From: Takakia lepidozioides
Taxonomy: Eukaryota > Plantae > Bryophyta
NCBI GenBank assembly: GCA_030704615.1
Contig: CM060731.1
Coordinates: 77,004,001 to 77,068,000 of the forward strand
Reading direction: 5' to 3'
Length of the DNA: 64,000 nucleotides
In this document: piece after piece, positions 51,917 through 63,991 of the stretch
Numbering within the stretch: the stretch's first letter is position 1
Layout: each line of letters opens with the position of its first letter
Made by a program: the position numbers and the translations under genes
The notes under the pieces: model-generated
Databases searched by the model: none
Seen by the model: only the letters and a program-made list of their open reading frames with translations
What the model was told of the DNA's origin: nothing

Positions 51917-54900
51917 ATGGAGGGCGCCCACAACAAGGCAGAAGGTGGCCCTAAGTCTCCCCAGGTTTTTGGTTCTTTGCCACCAGTATCCCCACCTTAT
52001 TATGGTATGCTTCAGTACCCACAAGCTGGCACTCAGTATGGTGAGGGGCAATATGGAAATGTTGCTGCGTATGGGCAGTATGGCCAGTATGCCCCTCCAC
52101 CATATTTGCCACCCCCTAATAGCTATGGGGGTGGCAGACCACCAGACTATCTTCCTGCTTATGGACAGTATGGCTAGTATGGTCCTTGGCCTTCTGGCCA
52201 ACAGCCATGGCCACCAGTCCCTACTTGGCGGGATCCTGCCGTGAATTCTCCTGTGCAAACGGAGATCTCTGAAGGAGGGGAGGGTGCCAATACAAAGAAA
52301 GATAGAACCAATGCTTTAAGGAGGGCTAATAGCACAGCCAAAGTTGAGGCTACGAAGGTGAAGGAAGAGAGGATAGCTGCAGGTCTTCCTCCGACGGTAG
52401 TTATGACGAACACCAAAGGAGCCCCGTATGGTCAGACACGGAATGTATGGCATGCTGCCCTTAAAGGACAGGCTCTTCATAAGCTAGATTGTTCCCTTAC
52501 CATCAACAACCAACCTGATGAACTTGTACACGAAATCAGAGATCACCTGGCTAAGCTATTTTCATATACGCCAAAGCAGTTGACTGACCGCCACCTAAAA
52601 GAAATGATTGGTCGTATAATGAAGAGCCAACGTTTTGATTCACACACTGCGTGGTTGAGTGGCAAGGGGAAACCCATTACTGTATCTGATGACACATGGA
52701 ACAAGCTTGTAAGTTATTGGCAGACAGAGGTGTTCCAAAAAGTGTCGGGCAACATGAAGAAGGCAAATGGTGCAATCCAAAATCCTACCAAAACTGGCCG
52801 TGGTGGGAAGGTAATGGTGGAGCAACGCTTGGTAAGTGGCATCATCACTACTATGTATTTCGTTCCTCATTGAAACACTATGTGTATATAGTGTGCCCTC
52901 ATATTGGTTATTGACTTGTGGGATGTTTTTGTTTGTGGCATGGGTTAAAAAAATTGCAGGAAGCACTATCAGGGTGCTTTCCTACATTACATGAAATTCA
53001 AGAGGGCTCAGTGTCACGGATGTCAGGTGGGAGCGAAATGCGGGTAATTCAATTTTCCACGTTTGCTTTCTTGGTTGCTTCATCTTGATTCTTGCTAGGT
53101 TTTTTTTCTATCTACGTTTTTGGGCTAGGTTTTCTTTCCAATTTTTAGGCAGAAAACTTCCCTTCACTTGTTTCCAGTCCTCCTTAGAGGCTGTAGTGTC
53201 CAAAGCCAGCATTGTTGCCATTAAATTGTCTGATGAAAATAAAGTTAGGCAGAAAACTTCCCTTGACTTGTTTCCAATCTGACTTAGAGGCTGTAGTGTC
53301 CAAAGCCGGGTCTGTTGCCATGATATTGTAAGATGAAAATGAAGTTAGGTAGAAAACTGACCTTCAATTGTTTCCAGTCTGACTCCGTGGGGGAGGGCAT
53401 CATTGTTTTGCTCAAAGTAGGCGCAAGGTCAATGGCCACAAGGCTACAACAAACAACGTCTTATGAGTACATTCTTTCCAATTGTTCAGTGTCGAACCAA
53501 CCAGTCTGACTTAAAGGTTGTAGTGTCCAAAGCCAACATTGTTGCTATTAAATTGTCTGATGAAAATGAAGTTAGGCAGAAAACTTCCCTTGACTTGTTT
53601 CCAATCTGACTTAGAGGCTGTAGTGTCCAAAGCCGGGTCTGTTGCCATGATATTGTCAGATGAAAATGAAGTTAGGCAGAAAACTGACCTTCACTTGTTT
53701 TCAGTCCGTGACATGGGGGAGGGCATCATTGTTTTGCTCAAAGTAGGCGCAAGGTCAATGGCCACAAGGCTACATCAAACAACGTCTTATGAGTACATTC
53801 TTTCCAATTGTTCATGCTAGGTGTTTTTGGTTTGATTCAACTCTGTTTTCATGGATTGGCAGGAAGGGAGTCGGGCATATGCTTTTGTAGTTGGCTGGAT
53901 GGAGGGCTTGGACAAACTGGTGGAATCACAAGGACGCGACATGTCAGATTTAAAATTGCAGATGCAGAGCATGATTGATTACCAAAAAGCCATTGTGGCG
54001 CGATTAGGGATTACTCTACCTGGCCCAGGCCTAGTGACATCTACGTTGGCTGCTTCTGGTGTGAATCAAAATGTTTGGAAGAGCAATTTCAGACGGTAAC
54101 TGGGGCTCACTCTAAGCCCTCATGTATTGCCCTCACTGATGATGGTTTGAATTTGTCCGAGCAGCAGCAAGATACAGGGAAGGCTAGCTGTGAGGTAGAT
54201 GCGGGAGGTCAGCCCAAGCGACATACAAATGAAGTAGCAGTCCAGAGGGCAATGGGCCTGGCACAACAGATTCTGGTATGTTGGTCTCACGAAGTTTACA
54301 TGGGGAGGAAGATGCAGATGCAGAGTGTGACAAAACAGACAAGGATGTTGCTATACTTTCTCCCGCTTACATGTTGAAGCCAGATGACAGTTTGCTTCCT
54401 GGACCAGCGAGGAAGCATTTGCTAATTCTGGACTTAAACGGTTTGCTTTGTGAATCATTTTATTCTGCTACTGGCGTTACATCCCTTCCCAAAGGTTTTG
54501 TGGGGAAGATGTGTGGCAAGAAGATGGTAGTTTTGAGACCACGCTGTTCTGAGTTTTTGCAAAAGTTTTTTGAACACTTTGAGGTGGCAGTGTGGTCTTG
54601 TTGCCAAGCTCGCAACTTCTTCCCAATAGTGGACTATATTTTTACAGCCCACACTAACCTTGTTTTCCAGTGGGATGCCCTTCACTGTGACGAGGATCCA
54701 GTCCTCTCATCTCGTAAGGGGTATGATTCAAAACCGTTGTTATACAAGAACTTGTCTAGAGTCTGGGCAGAGTGGCCAGAATGGAGTCACTTGGACACTG
54801 TTCTTGTTGACGACACACCGCGAAAGGCAGCAAACAATCCTCCATTCAGCGGGATTTTCCCAGCGCCATGGAAAGTGCAACCAGATTTGCCATGTGATGA

Positions 54901-55786
54901 TTATCTAACAAATGTGTTGTGGCCTCTCTTGTGGAAGGCATCCAAAGTTGCCAGTATTCCAGCTTTTTTGGAGTCTCAGCCTGTTTTGGGACAACAACCA
55001 TACAACTTTGCTTCATATCCTACTGAGAAGGTACAAACATTCTGACGCTAAACTTGTGAGGCTTGAACATTTGTGGGTTCCTTCATTGCATTGCTTTCCT
55101 GGATGCTTCTCCTCAGTTCCTTCATTAATGCTAGGTTGTCTTTGCAGGTCTTCATGCTAGGTTTTCTCGTTTGATTCATGCTTGGGTTTTGTTTTCTGTT
55201 CACTCTTCCTTGAGGCTTCACTAATACACTGTTGTTTTCTGGTCTATGACACAGGAACTTGTGACAAAGAAAAGTGGCCTTGTCGAGAACCCAGTAAAGG
55301 CCAGGGGCAAGACTATCGACCTGCCAAGTAGCCCCCCAAAGGAGGGCTCGCAATCACTCGAGACTGCAAATGGAGTAAGTCCAGACCCTCCTCTTGTCTG
55401 TTTCATTTTTTTCCAACCTCGGGGCTATCTTTAATTCCTAAATGCTGAGTGTCGTAGTGGTGCAGGTCATGAGTTTTCACAACTTGTTGTTTTTGTGTGA
55501 GATGGGATCACAGTTCAAGGTGGGTGACGCAGTTCGGCTGCTGGATGTGAACTCCAAACACAAGAAAGTAGGAGTAGGGCTGATTGTTGCTCTTCAAGGT
55601 GCTGTGGTGGGTTACAGGTACCCTGCTGTGCCCCTTGACTATGCATGTGTGTACATCAAAGAGGCAAGTGTGAGTAACACTCCTCTACCATATGTGAATG
55701 GTGTTACGAAACATACCGAATTGGGGCAGGTGGTTGGTCAGACAACGCTTTGGAGTCTAAAGTTGCTGAAAGTTATGGAGCCTTAG
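51917..55786 (+). mobile_element. CACTA/En-Spm TnpA-like spliced gene with an embedded FCP1/NIF-type HAD phosphatase domain; pseudogenised
   Basis: Exons ~51917-52831, 52960-53043, 53863-55030, 55254-55373 and 55466-55786. Ptta/En/Spm-like KPITVSDDTWNKLVSYWQTEVFQKVS..K..N....KTGRGG; NIF domain LLILDLNGLL..LRP..FL..FEVAVWS..KNL..TVLVDDTPRK; C-terminal Tnp1-like VRLLD..KVGVG..P..YACV.I..TPLPY..LGQVVGQTTLW. There is a CAG>TAG stop at 52175 and frameshifts at ~54075 and ~54280. Confidence 0.7.
53145..53815. repeat. Intronic tandem repeat, ~99-bp units within a ~330-bp higher-order duplication
   Basis: ttaggcagaaaact..ttgtttcca..ttagaggctgtagtgtccaaagcc..gatgaaaat.aag is repeated 5-6 times. Confidence 0.85.
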
Positions 55787-56364
55787 AAGGGATAAGAAGC
55801 TAGTATTGCACTGTTTAACAGGGTCCTTGATTCTAGAAGCACCAGAACAAACTAGTACTAGAACAATTCAGCCCATGTGTGGGCTTGCTTATTTTTTGCT
55901 TACTGGGTCTTTTCAGGCATGGATTTTTGGACCTCCTGGCCTTTGAGATGTCCATTGGGACATTGGTCTCATCTGGATTTTAATTTACAGGGCGTGTATT
56001 CCCCTGCACTTGTCTATTTTGTCGTGCGCATACATATCGCTACACAACTACATCGATGTCCAAACCACACCACACATATATGCACAATAAAGTAGTCTGC
56101 CACAATCGCCCCCCTAGCTGGTGGATAGGTCCCTCTACCTCCGGATAGCTACAAGATGTAATAGCCATAGCCGTACTAAGTCCTCTATCACTGTCCCTAT
56201 TGTACTCAAACTCTATAGACCAAGAGGCCGGGTACAAGAGTAGCCCCATCGTTAGTCGCCGTCTTGCAATCTATGTACTTGAGTCAAGACCTCGTGTGTT
56301 CAAGGTCTCCTAGTAGCTTGGCCTTGCATGTCTTGTTAGCCCTCCATGGTTGTATCCACTCCTA

Positions 56365-56510
56365 CTATCCAATGCAATGTGGACATAACCAATCCCCATC
56401 CGGAACCACCTCAAGAGGTGGTGTCAAGCATCCCATATGCCAACCTCGAGAGCATCGATCACACACCAGCATGGTGGCTGCCCCTCTAGCAGACCCACAC
56501 AACATGCACC
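56365..56510 (-). other. PHD finger at the integrase C-terminus
   Basis: CMLCGSARGAATMLVCDRCSRGWHMGCLTPPLEVVPDGDWLCPHC, an intact C4HC3 motif. Confidence 0.92.
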
Positions 56511-59500
56511 TCAAACCTGCAGATACCACTGCCAGGTTTGGGTCAATCCTGCCATCGACATTCGGAAGGTGACATGGCGCACAACTACGCACACGGTCCT
56601 TCCAAGTTATGCCATCCCGACCCTCCAAGACCAAGACGCCTGAGGGCAAGACCTCTCGAACCCTCAAATAACACGTCCTGCAGTCACATCCAGGGTCGTA
56701 GGAGCAGTCTGCTGCAGATAGACATAGTCACCAGGGTTGAATCTCCGAACCCCAGGACGATAGCCCCCACCACGTATGGTAGCATACCTCAACGTATCAC
56801 GGTGTTGTGCAATGGCAAGGTTTCGAAAGCCATGGGCATGCCTCTCTTGAACAACTCTGCACGCTGCTCACATGCACGTGTCCACACTTCCGGATCGTCA
56901 AGGTTAAGAACTGTAGCAGCTTCTCTGCGAATGGATGTAGGCAAATCCGGCTCTCGGCCAAAGAGAAGAAAGTATGGTGAGAAGGAGGCAAGTGATGCTT
57001 GTTTGCTGAACCTGTAGCCCATGGCTAACCAGGGTAACTGAAGGTCCCAATCACCTAGGTGTCCCTTCTGCAAGCCATACTTGCGCAAACCCCTCTTTAC
57101 TGTCTGAACAACTCTCTCTGCCAAGCCATCGGCCTCAGGATGATCCCGAGAAGTGGTGCGGTGGTCTATCAAGGCCACACAATCCAGGAATGCATACGCA
57201 GCTCCCTCACTAGCCTTATCAGGCAATGGAACCAATTCAATCCACTTGGAGAAGTGTTCCACCATCACCAACACGTACTTGTTGTGGCACATGGTCAGTG
57301 GCAACGGCCCTGCGAAGTCAAGACTCCACCTGTAGCCCAATCCCATGATCGGAAGAGGGTGCAATTGTGGAGTAGGGGCGTTGAATGAAGCACGCACCCT
57401 GTCACACACCATGCACCTAACCACAAATTGTTGCACCTCTGTGTGCATACCACGCCACCAATACTGCCCCTGTAGTAGACTATGAGTGCGTCACACCCCA
57501 AAATGCCCCAACTCCTCATGGGCATGCCGCACTAACCGTGCCCGCTGTGTTGGGTGAGGCACAATCCTCACTCGACCATCTTCCCACACTCGGAGCAGGT
57601 GTGTCCCCTCCCACCTGAACCTCTTGGCTCGTTGTAGGATCCGATCCCTCTCCTTGGCAGTCACAGTGGCTGCCGTGTCTCCAGTGCGGAGGTAGTCCAA
57701 CACAACTGAATCCTCATGTATATCTTTGGCGCCACCTTGCTCATTGTTGGCCTCAGGGTCCTCAGACACTTGATCTACAGTCATCCCTGTTGCAGGTCCA
57801 ACCTGGCCTTCCGCTGCCAAGATACACAGAAATGCAGATGCATGCCATCCGGGCACCATCTCCTCGTCCGTCTCACCATGTCACCGAGCTCCAGTGTCAT
57901 CCTGCCGGCTCGTGCATGGATTGCGACTCAACCCATCTGCATTGCGATTGACCAAACCCGGTCGATGCACCACCTGGAAGTCATACTCTTGAAGGATGAG
58001 TGCCCACCGTGCAAGCTTCCCCGTAAGCTTGTTTGACTCCATCAACCACTTGAGTGGTTGGTGATCCGTGACAAGGGTGAAGAGATTGCCATATAGATAG
58101 CACCTGAAGTGTGCCACGGCCCACACTGCAGCTAAGCATTCTCCCTCATATGAGCTATACTTAGACTCTGCAGCATTGTTCGAGCGGCTAGCATAAGCCA
58201 CTACGAACTCTCTTCCCTCATCATCCACCTGTGTGAGCACCGTTCCAAGCCCCAGCATGCTCCAATCTGTATGCAGCTGAAAAGGACGCCCCCTGATAGG
58301 TCGTCTCAAGATGGGCGCCGAGGTCAACCTCGCCTTGAGCTCTTGAAAAGCTTGTTCTTGCTCATCTTCCCACTGCCACTTCTGGTCCACCTTGGTCAGC
58401 TTGGTTAGAGCCTTTGCAATGGCACTGAATCCCTTAACAAACCGTCTGTAATAGTTTGCTAACCCCATGAAAGCTCGAACTCGGCTCACATCCGTGGGGC
58501 GTGGAACCTGTGCAATGGACTCTACCTTAGTCTGCTGTACCCCCAATCCTCCAGGATATATCATGTGACCCAGATACTCAATCTGGTTGTGGAAAAACTT
58601 GCACTTTCCCGGATGTAACTTCAATCCATGCGTCCTCAAGCGCTCAAATACCCCCTGAAGGTGTCTCTCATGCTCCTCCACCGTAGCACTAAAGATGATG
58701 ATGTCATCTATGTAGCACCGAGCAAACTCCACCCCTGCTAGAATCCTGTCCATGACTCTTTGAAACTCAGCGGGAGTTTTTAAGCCCAAATGGTAAGAAC
58801 CGCCACTGGTATAGGCAATCCTTCCCGTGCTCATTGATCCCCCAGAATGCCGTCTTTTGCTTATCCGCCTCCTTGATCGGCAACTGGTGATATCCGGATC
58901 GTAAATCCAACGTGCTAAAGACCTTGGAATGCCCAATGGCATCAAAGATCTCCTCTGGTGTTGGCATGGCATACCTATCGGACTTGGTTTGACGATTTAC
59001 AGGCCGGTAATCACCGCACATACGTCTCTCCGTCCAATTGCCATAGACATCCTTCTTAGCTGGCATCACTGTGGCTGAAGCATACTCTCCACCAGAGAGC
59101 TCCACCAAACCTGCCTCCCAAAGATCCTGAGTTCTCATCTGAATCAAGGACCTCTCCATGTCACTGTATCTATAGGGTCTCCGAAAGATTGGCGTGTCAG
59201 TAGCCAATTCAATGCAAATCTCTTGACCCTTCAGTGCTCCCAAGTCCTTCAAACTGAAGGCAAAGCAATTCCTATAAGCCCTCAGGAACCGCCGCATACG
59301 TCATCTCTCTCCTCCGGTGACAATGGGTCCAATGTCAGGCTCCCAATTGTCCTCCGAAACTGTAACCTTAAGTCCAGTGGGCTTAGAGGTAGAGGACGCG
59401 TCCCGTGGTTGCTATGCTGCAACCTCTTGAGCAGTACTCCCTTCCTGCTCAGTCAATGACAAGGCCTCATCCTGCCCCATCATCTCATCATTGAGAACCT

Positions 59501-59699
59501 CCTCAACCCGAGAAGAATCCCCAACCTCATCCATCACAGCTGCCTTGGCTGCCAACTCCCTCTAGACCTCGAGCACCTCCCACGTGTGCCATGGATGTCT
59601 ACACCCCGTGGTCCTCACCGGCTCGCCCCCACTCGCTGCCTATACCGTCTCGGTAGGCAGAGAGACCGTCAAGGGAAGTGCGCTCTGCACTCTACGTTG

Positions 59700-60690
59700 C
59701 TCAGCCATAGCCAAGCTGATAATCCAGGTCAAGCAATTGAGATCCATTGCTTGCCCCAACACCTGACGACGTGATGCCTCAGAAAGAGAAGACACCGCCG
59801 TGGTCCCAGTGGAAAACCCCATAGCCCGCTCTCGCTAGTCGGCATTAGGCTCCACTAACTGTTGCAACTGAGCATCCCATAGGAGGCCAGGTCCACCATC
59901 CCGAAAAGCATGGGATCCTGGGAAGCTGAGCAGTGTAGGTAATGCTGCTCGTGGTTGACCCACCCTGTTGACCACTGCCAAAGGCAAACGGTCATCGTGT
60001 CTCACACGTTGAGACTGCCTCCCTGTGTCCAAAATGCCATCCACGGTGAGGTGTGCTGGCCGCTGCACCCCATCAAATGCACGCTTGAGTAGTGCGGGTG
60101 GCATCAAGTTAGTCCACCAAAGCCGTGGACGATGAGCCCGTGACCCCACTGCAGCTGCATCCAGCAACACTGCTGACCCAAGCCACGACCGGACTTGATG
60201 CACACTGGCCATCACCCTGGCCCGAGAATCACCCATCAGTGGTACATTCTCCAAGATGTATGCTGGAGATACAGCTTGATGAAGCTGCAAGTAGCGCAAA
60301 ATCCGCACCATCTCCCAAAACAGACCCGTCCTCGAGTCTCGCAATCCATTGCCATGCCCGGCTGATGAATGCCCTTGGCAGGGCCAACTTGCCACTACCA
60401 GATCAATGGAGCCAACCTACTCCAAATCCTGCGCCCCCAGCAAAGAAATGTCTGCTGGCAAGGCTTGTTGGTATCCACGAACTGCAGACACTGGCAACAA
60501 GTCAGGGTATTGCTGTACCAACTGAGCAACATGGCGCAGTGAGACGCATCGTGCAGTCTCATCCCTCTCCACATACAAGTAACGTCGAACTCGTACACCT
60601 GCCTGTAGCACAGCAGCCAATCCGGTGCTGATCCCGCCAAACAAGTCCAGAAGGCAAATGCCTTCATCCGGATACTGCCACACAATAGGT
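59700..60690 (-). pseudogene. DNMT3-like C5-cytosine DNA methyltransferase domain within the Gypsy polyprotein
   Basis: Motif I LLDLFGGI; II YVERD; III ADI; IV DLVVASWPCQGHS; GLFWE; VI ILENV; VIII LDAAAVGSRAHRPRLWWTN; IX RERAMGF; X RRQVLGQAM. There are two internal point stops (60417, 59835). Confidence 0.92.
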
Positions 60691-62520
60691 GTGGTATCCA
60701 ATGGTGACAACTGAGGTGGTCCTGGTGCAATATCCGCACTCTCCTCCTCTCCTGACGGTACAAAAGCCTCTACCCAGGCTTGTTGCACCCGTCGATCAGC
60801 AATCTGCTGCAAATCCTTGCTCGTACCCCACAATGGAGTGTGAGCAACCATGGTAGGCAACTCCGCCATACCATGCATGTCATCCTGCTCTGCTGGAGGT
60901 GGCACATCTTTTGCATGGGCATTGTCTTCCAGCAACTCTCCAGGCCAACTAACTGCAGCTGTAAAGGCGGCTAGTGTTGGCATCTTGCCCCGCTGGGCAG
61001 CCGCTATACCCCCAATGAATGTCACAGGGAGCTGTGCACGGCGACCATCGCCTGACTACCATCCAGGCCTGTAGGATGCTGACTCCTCCCAAAAGTCCAG
61101 GGTGAAGCCCATGGGGTATAACACTGCCCCACCAACGAGGACATCGTAAGAGACCGCGTCTGTCACAATGGCCTTGGCTCGCATTACTGAGCCATCGATA
61201 GGATGATCCGGCTGCAGTCTAATGGCCAACTGATGCCGTGTCATGCCCCGAGCCTGCTCTGATCCTCCCAGAGATGTCTGTATCTGGAAAGGACAAGGCT
61301 CTATATCCGCCTCCATGAGGCCCAAACCTGCAATAGTAGCTCTGCCCAACATCAGTGGCTGAGCTCCCGAGTCCAACAAGACCCGCAGTGGCCGGTACTT
61401 CCTGCCTGCCGGTCCACTCAAAGAGAAAATGCCATCCTGGTTGTCTAACAAGACAACTCCAGGTGTCACCATGGCGCGCTCAAAGGCTGGCCTAGCTGGC
61501 AGCTCCGTCAACCTGGCAGCTGCAGCTTGCCAGGGCGCAGCCGTGGCAGTCTTGACCCTCATATCCGAGGATCCCTCTGCCACTATACCTTCCACTAACT
61601 CCGCAGAAGATGAAGTGACCTCCCCACTCTCGCAGAGTGTTGCTGCTAGTCTGAACACTGCAGCTGGTCTTACCCCCGGCGTCGCAATCATGGTTGCCGA
61701 AAACAGTGGGGCTTGACACACAGAGGTGGCTGCCCCCAATAACACACCGGCTGCACTAGCCTTGGTAGTAGGTGTCAGTGCTGCACGTGTAGCTCTCCCC
61801 AATGACATAGAAACCTCCGCCTCGGTAACAGTCGGGCAAGAACTAGGTGCCGTGGATGGCGTTGACACTGTCTCCGCCAAGGTGAATGACTGAGGCAGCC
61901 TCGCTTGACGGCTTGCCTCCCCACGTTGTGGATCCAACTCCACCTCTGCACCTCGTGGCTCAGGAACTCGTGCTGCTCCTCGAGTCACGGCTGCAGCAGA
62001 CTCCACCTGCTCTAGTGGTAGTGCTGCTCCGCACATGAATCCCATGCCTCCCATATCTCCTCCCTCAGGAGCAGGAGGTGGGCCATCCCGCCTGGGAGCC
62101 GGTACCGCCTGAGCTATAGCCATGGCAGCGAGCCTCTGCTCTAGCTGCTGAAGCCGATTGGCCATGCCTTGGTCAACACCCTGACCTCCGCGTCCTTGGC
62201 CATGTGGAGCTTGCCCCTCGTGCCCGACCACCTCGTCCTCTTTGGGCTGGTCCACCTCGCCCCCGGCCACCATTATTCCCTTGGAACTGGGCGCAACTCA
62301 GGATGCAAGTCATAACACTGGGAATCTCCATGCCCATACTTGTCGCAATGCCCACACTGCAACTGTGCAGGCTGTGCTTGTGCCGGCCTTTTGCCACTCT
62401 CTGGGCAATCTCTCTTGACATGGGGTCCTCCACATGTCCAACATATCACCCCTGGTTGCTGTTGGCCTGCAAAAGATGCCACGGGCCTCTGCACCTGAGG
62501 CGCCGGGTAGACACGTGCGT

Positions 62521-63019
62521 CACTGCGGATTTGACACGTCACAACTTCAGGCGTGATCATATGACTATATGTCTGCACAGTGATGCCTACATGGAAAGTT
62601 GTTAGTAGGACACCTGTTGCATTTCAGATGTGACATGTGGCACTTAGACAGAATATATGACTAGCATATATGACTATGTATCTTTACACGTGGTGAAATA
62701 TGGATAAAAGAATGTCGTGTCATATAATGCCACGTGTTCTAGTTCGAGCAGGGTTTATGCCATCTGTCATCAAGAATGTTATTTGAAAATAATTTAATAG
62801 TTTATATTCATAATTTTAAATTCTTAAAGTTATATTTTATTTTAAAAACAGGGGAATATCAGCTTGGTAAATTTTATTAAATGGTTTTATTTTTTATTTT
62901 TTAATATTATATATTAAAATAGATTAAATGATTTAAATTCTTCATTACATGGTGAAATTCCAATAAACAGAATGGACCCCTCTTGCATACTAGTTAGCAA
63001 CCACAAGGACAATCAAAAT
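62521..63019. mobile_element. Possible CACTG-type (En/Spm) element end that truncates gag
   Basis: Gag similarity stops exactly at CACTG (62521), followed by repeated catatgactat/acacgtg motifs and an AT-rich tract. The other end is not seen. Confidence 0.35.
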
Positions 63020-63490
63020 TGTCAAGTTAAATAAGCACAGTGTGAAAACAGCTAGAATAAAACTAGTTATTTGTATTTAACACTTGGATTTAGGTCAAGT
63101 GTTAAATCAGGTGTCAAGTTTAGTTTGACACCTGGTCCGTCTTATCTTCACGAGAGCGGCAGTCGCGCAGCTCATCTCTCTCAAGTTGAGCCTGCGCGAC
63201 CGAGCTCCTGCATGTGTTTAGGTTTGAGTATGCTTATGTAGGGATACAGGTTGTTGTGGGGTGGAGTCCCCATAGCTTGGGGTGCCCCTGGTCGACTTCT
63301 GTTTCAATGAGTGATAGCGATGGATTTTATATTTCTTGTGTTGGGAGTGTGTGTCCTTTTTAGCTTGTTTATCACTCGAGAGAGATGAGGCTTGCATCTG
63401 TGAGTGCCAGAGGTGAGTTTAGTTTTAAGCATTTGTGGTTTTTGTTTTAGAAGTGAGAGAAGAAAATTATGGTAGATTATGTTTGTGACA
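63020..63490 (+). mobile_element. LTR-like segment (471 bp, TGTC..GACA) related to the solo LTR at 46920-47394
   Basis: 63020-63185 resembles the reverse complement of 47230-47394; 63250-63395 resembles 47098-47250 directly. It is followed by TGGTGGAG (possible PBS). Confidence 0.5.
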
Positions 63491-63736
63491 AGGCTGGTGG
63501 AGCAGCAGGATGATGCGCAAATGTAAGGAAGACTATGTTTGTTGGTAACTGCTGACAACCGTAACTCTGTCCCTGGACTTCTTCTCCGGAGGTGGAAGAC
63601 TGTATGTAGCATGCATGCAAGAGTGTGGTTGTGACAAGGGAACAAACGCTTGCAGTTGAATAGTTGTTGCAAGTTGGGCACTCGGTGCGTCGCTATAACT
63701 GCAACTGTACAGGAGCACCGCGAGAGGCAGATTGCT

Positions 63737-63991
63737 CTATAGCCTTTGCTGTACTTGGTCAGTCCAATGGTGACAAATCCAGACCTGGTTAAAGCAACAT
63801 AGACAGAGAAGCGATTTATAGAAAGAAGGTGATGAGCAGTGAAGAGTGTACGGGAAAGGGAGCCCTGGCAGCCATGGCATAGCATCGTGCTCCGCACCAC
63901 GGGTTATCGCGAAAGAATCGATGAAGAGTAACGATGCGAAAAGCCCGCTTACAGTGTTGAAAATATTCAACACAACATGCGGATTATCTAC
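63737..63991 (-). CDS. Possible terminal exons of a gene entering from beyond the window
   Basis: cag|VDNPHVVLNIFNT|gtaagc (63991-63953) and ccag|VWICHHWTDQVQQRL* (63784-63737). Support is splice signals only; no recognised domain. Confidence 0.25.
   Translation of the reverse strand, partial: VDNPHVVLNIFNTVSGLFASLLFIDSFAITRGAEHDAMPWLPGLPFPYTLHCSSPSFYKSLLCLCCFNQVWICHHWTDQVQQRL

Larger units (their letters stand above)
56020..62520 (-). mobile_element. Ty3/Gypsy LTR retrotransposon: gag(CCHC)-protease-C5 DNA methyltransferase-RT-RNaseH-integrase-PHD; decayed and 5'-truncated
   Basis: Zinc knuckles CWTCGGPHVKRDC and CGHCDKYGHGDSQC; protease VLLDSGA; RT RMCGDYR, LDLRSGYHQ, YIDD; RNase H LHTDWS..GTVL, YSSYEGECLA, VTDHQPL; integrase HHCC and WSLDFAGP..EADGLAE. 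PPT GCTAGGGGGGCGAT at 56118-56105 is followed by TG..CA (56104-56020). Confidence 0.95.

Noticed and set aside
59700-60690. Bacterial restriction-modification methylase or contamination
   Set aside because: It is in frame within a Gypsy Pol, contiguous with plant genes and TEs, and has no cognate endonuclease.
63304-63900. 198-aa minus-strand ORF
   Set aside because: It runs across an intron-like segment and the LTR-like repeat, has no domain, and starts with GTG.
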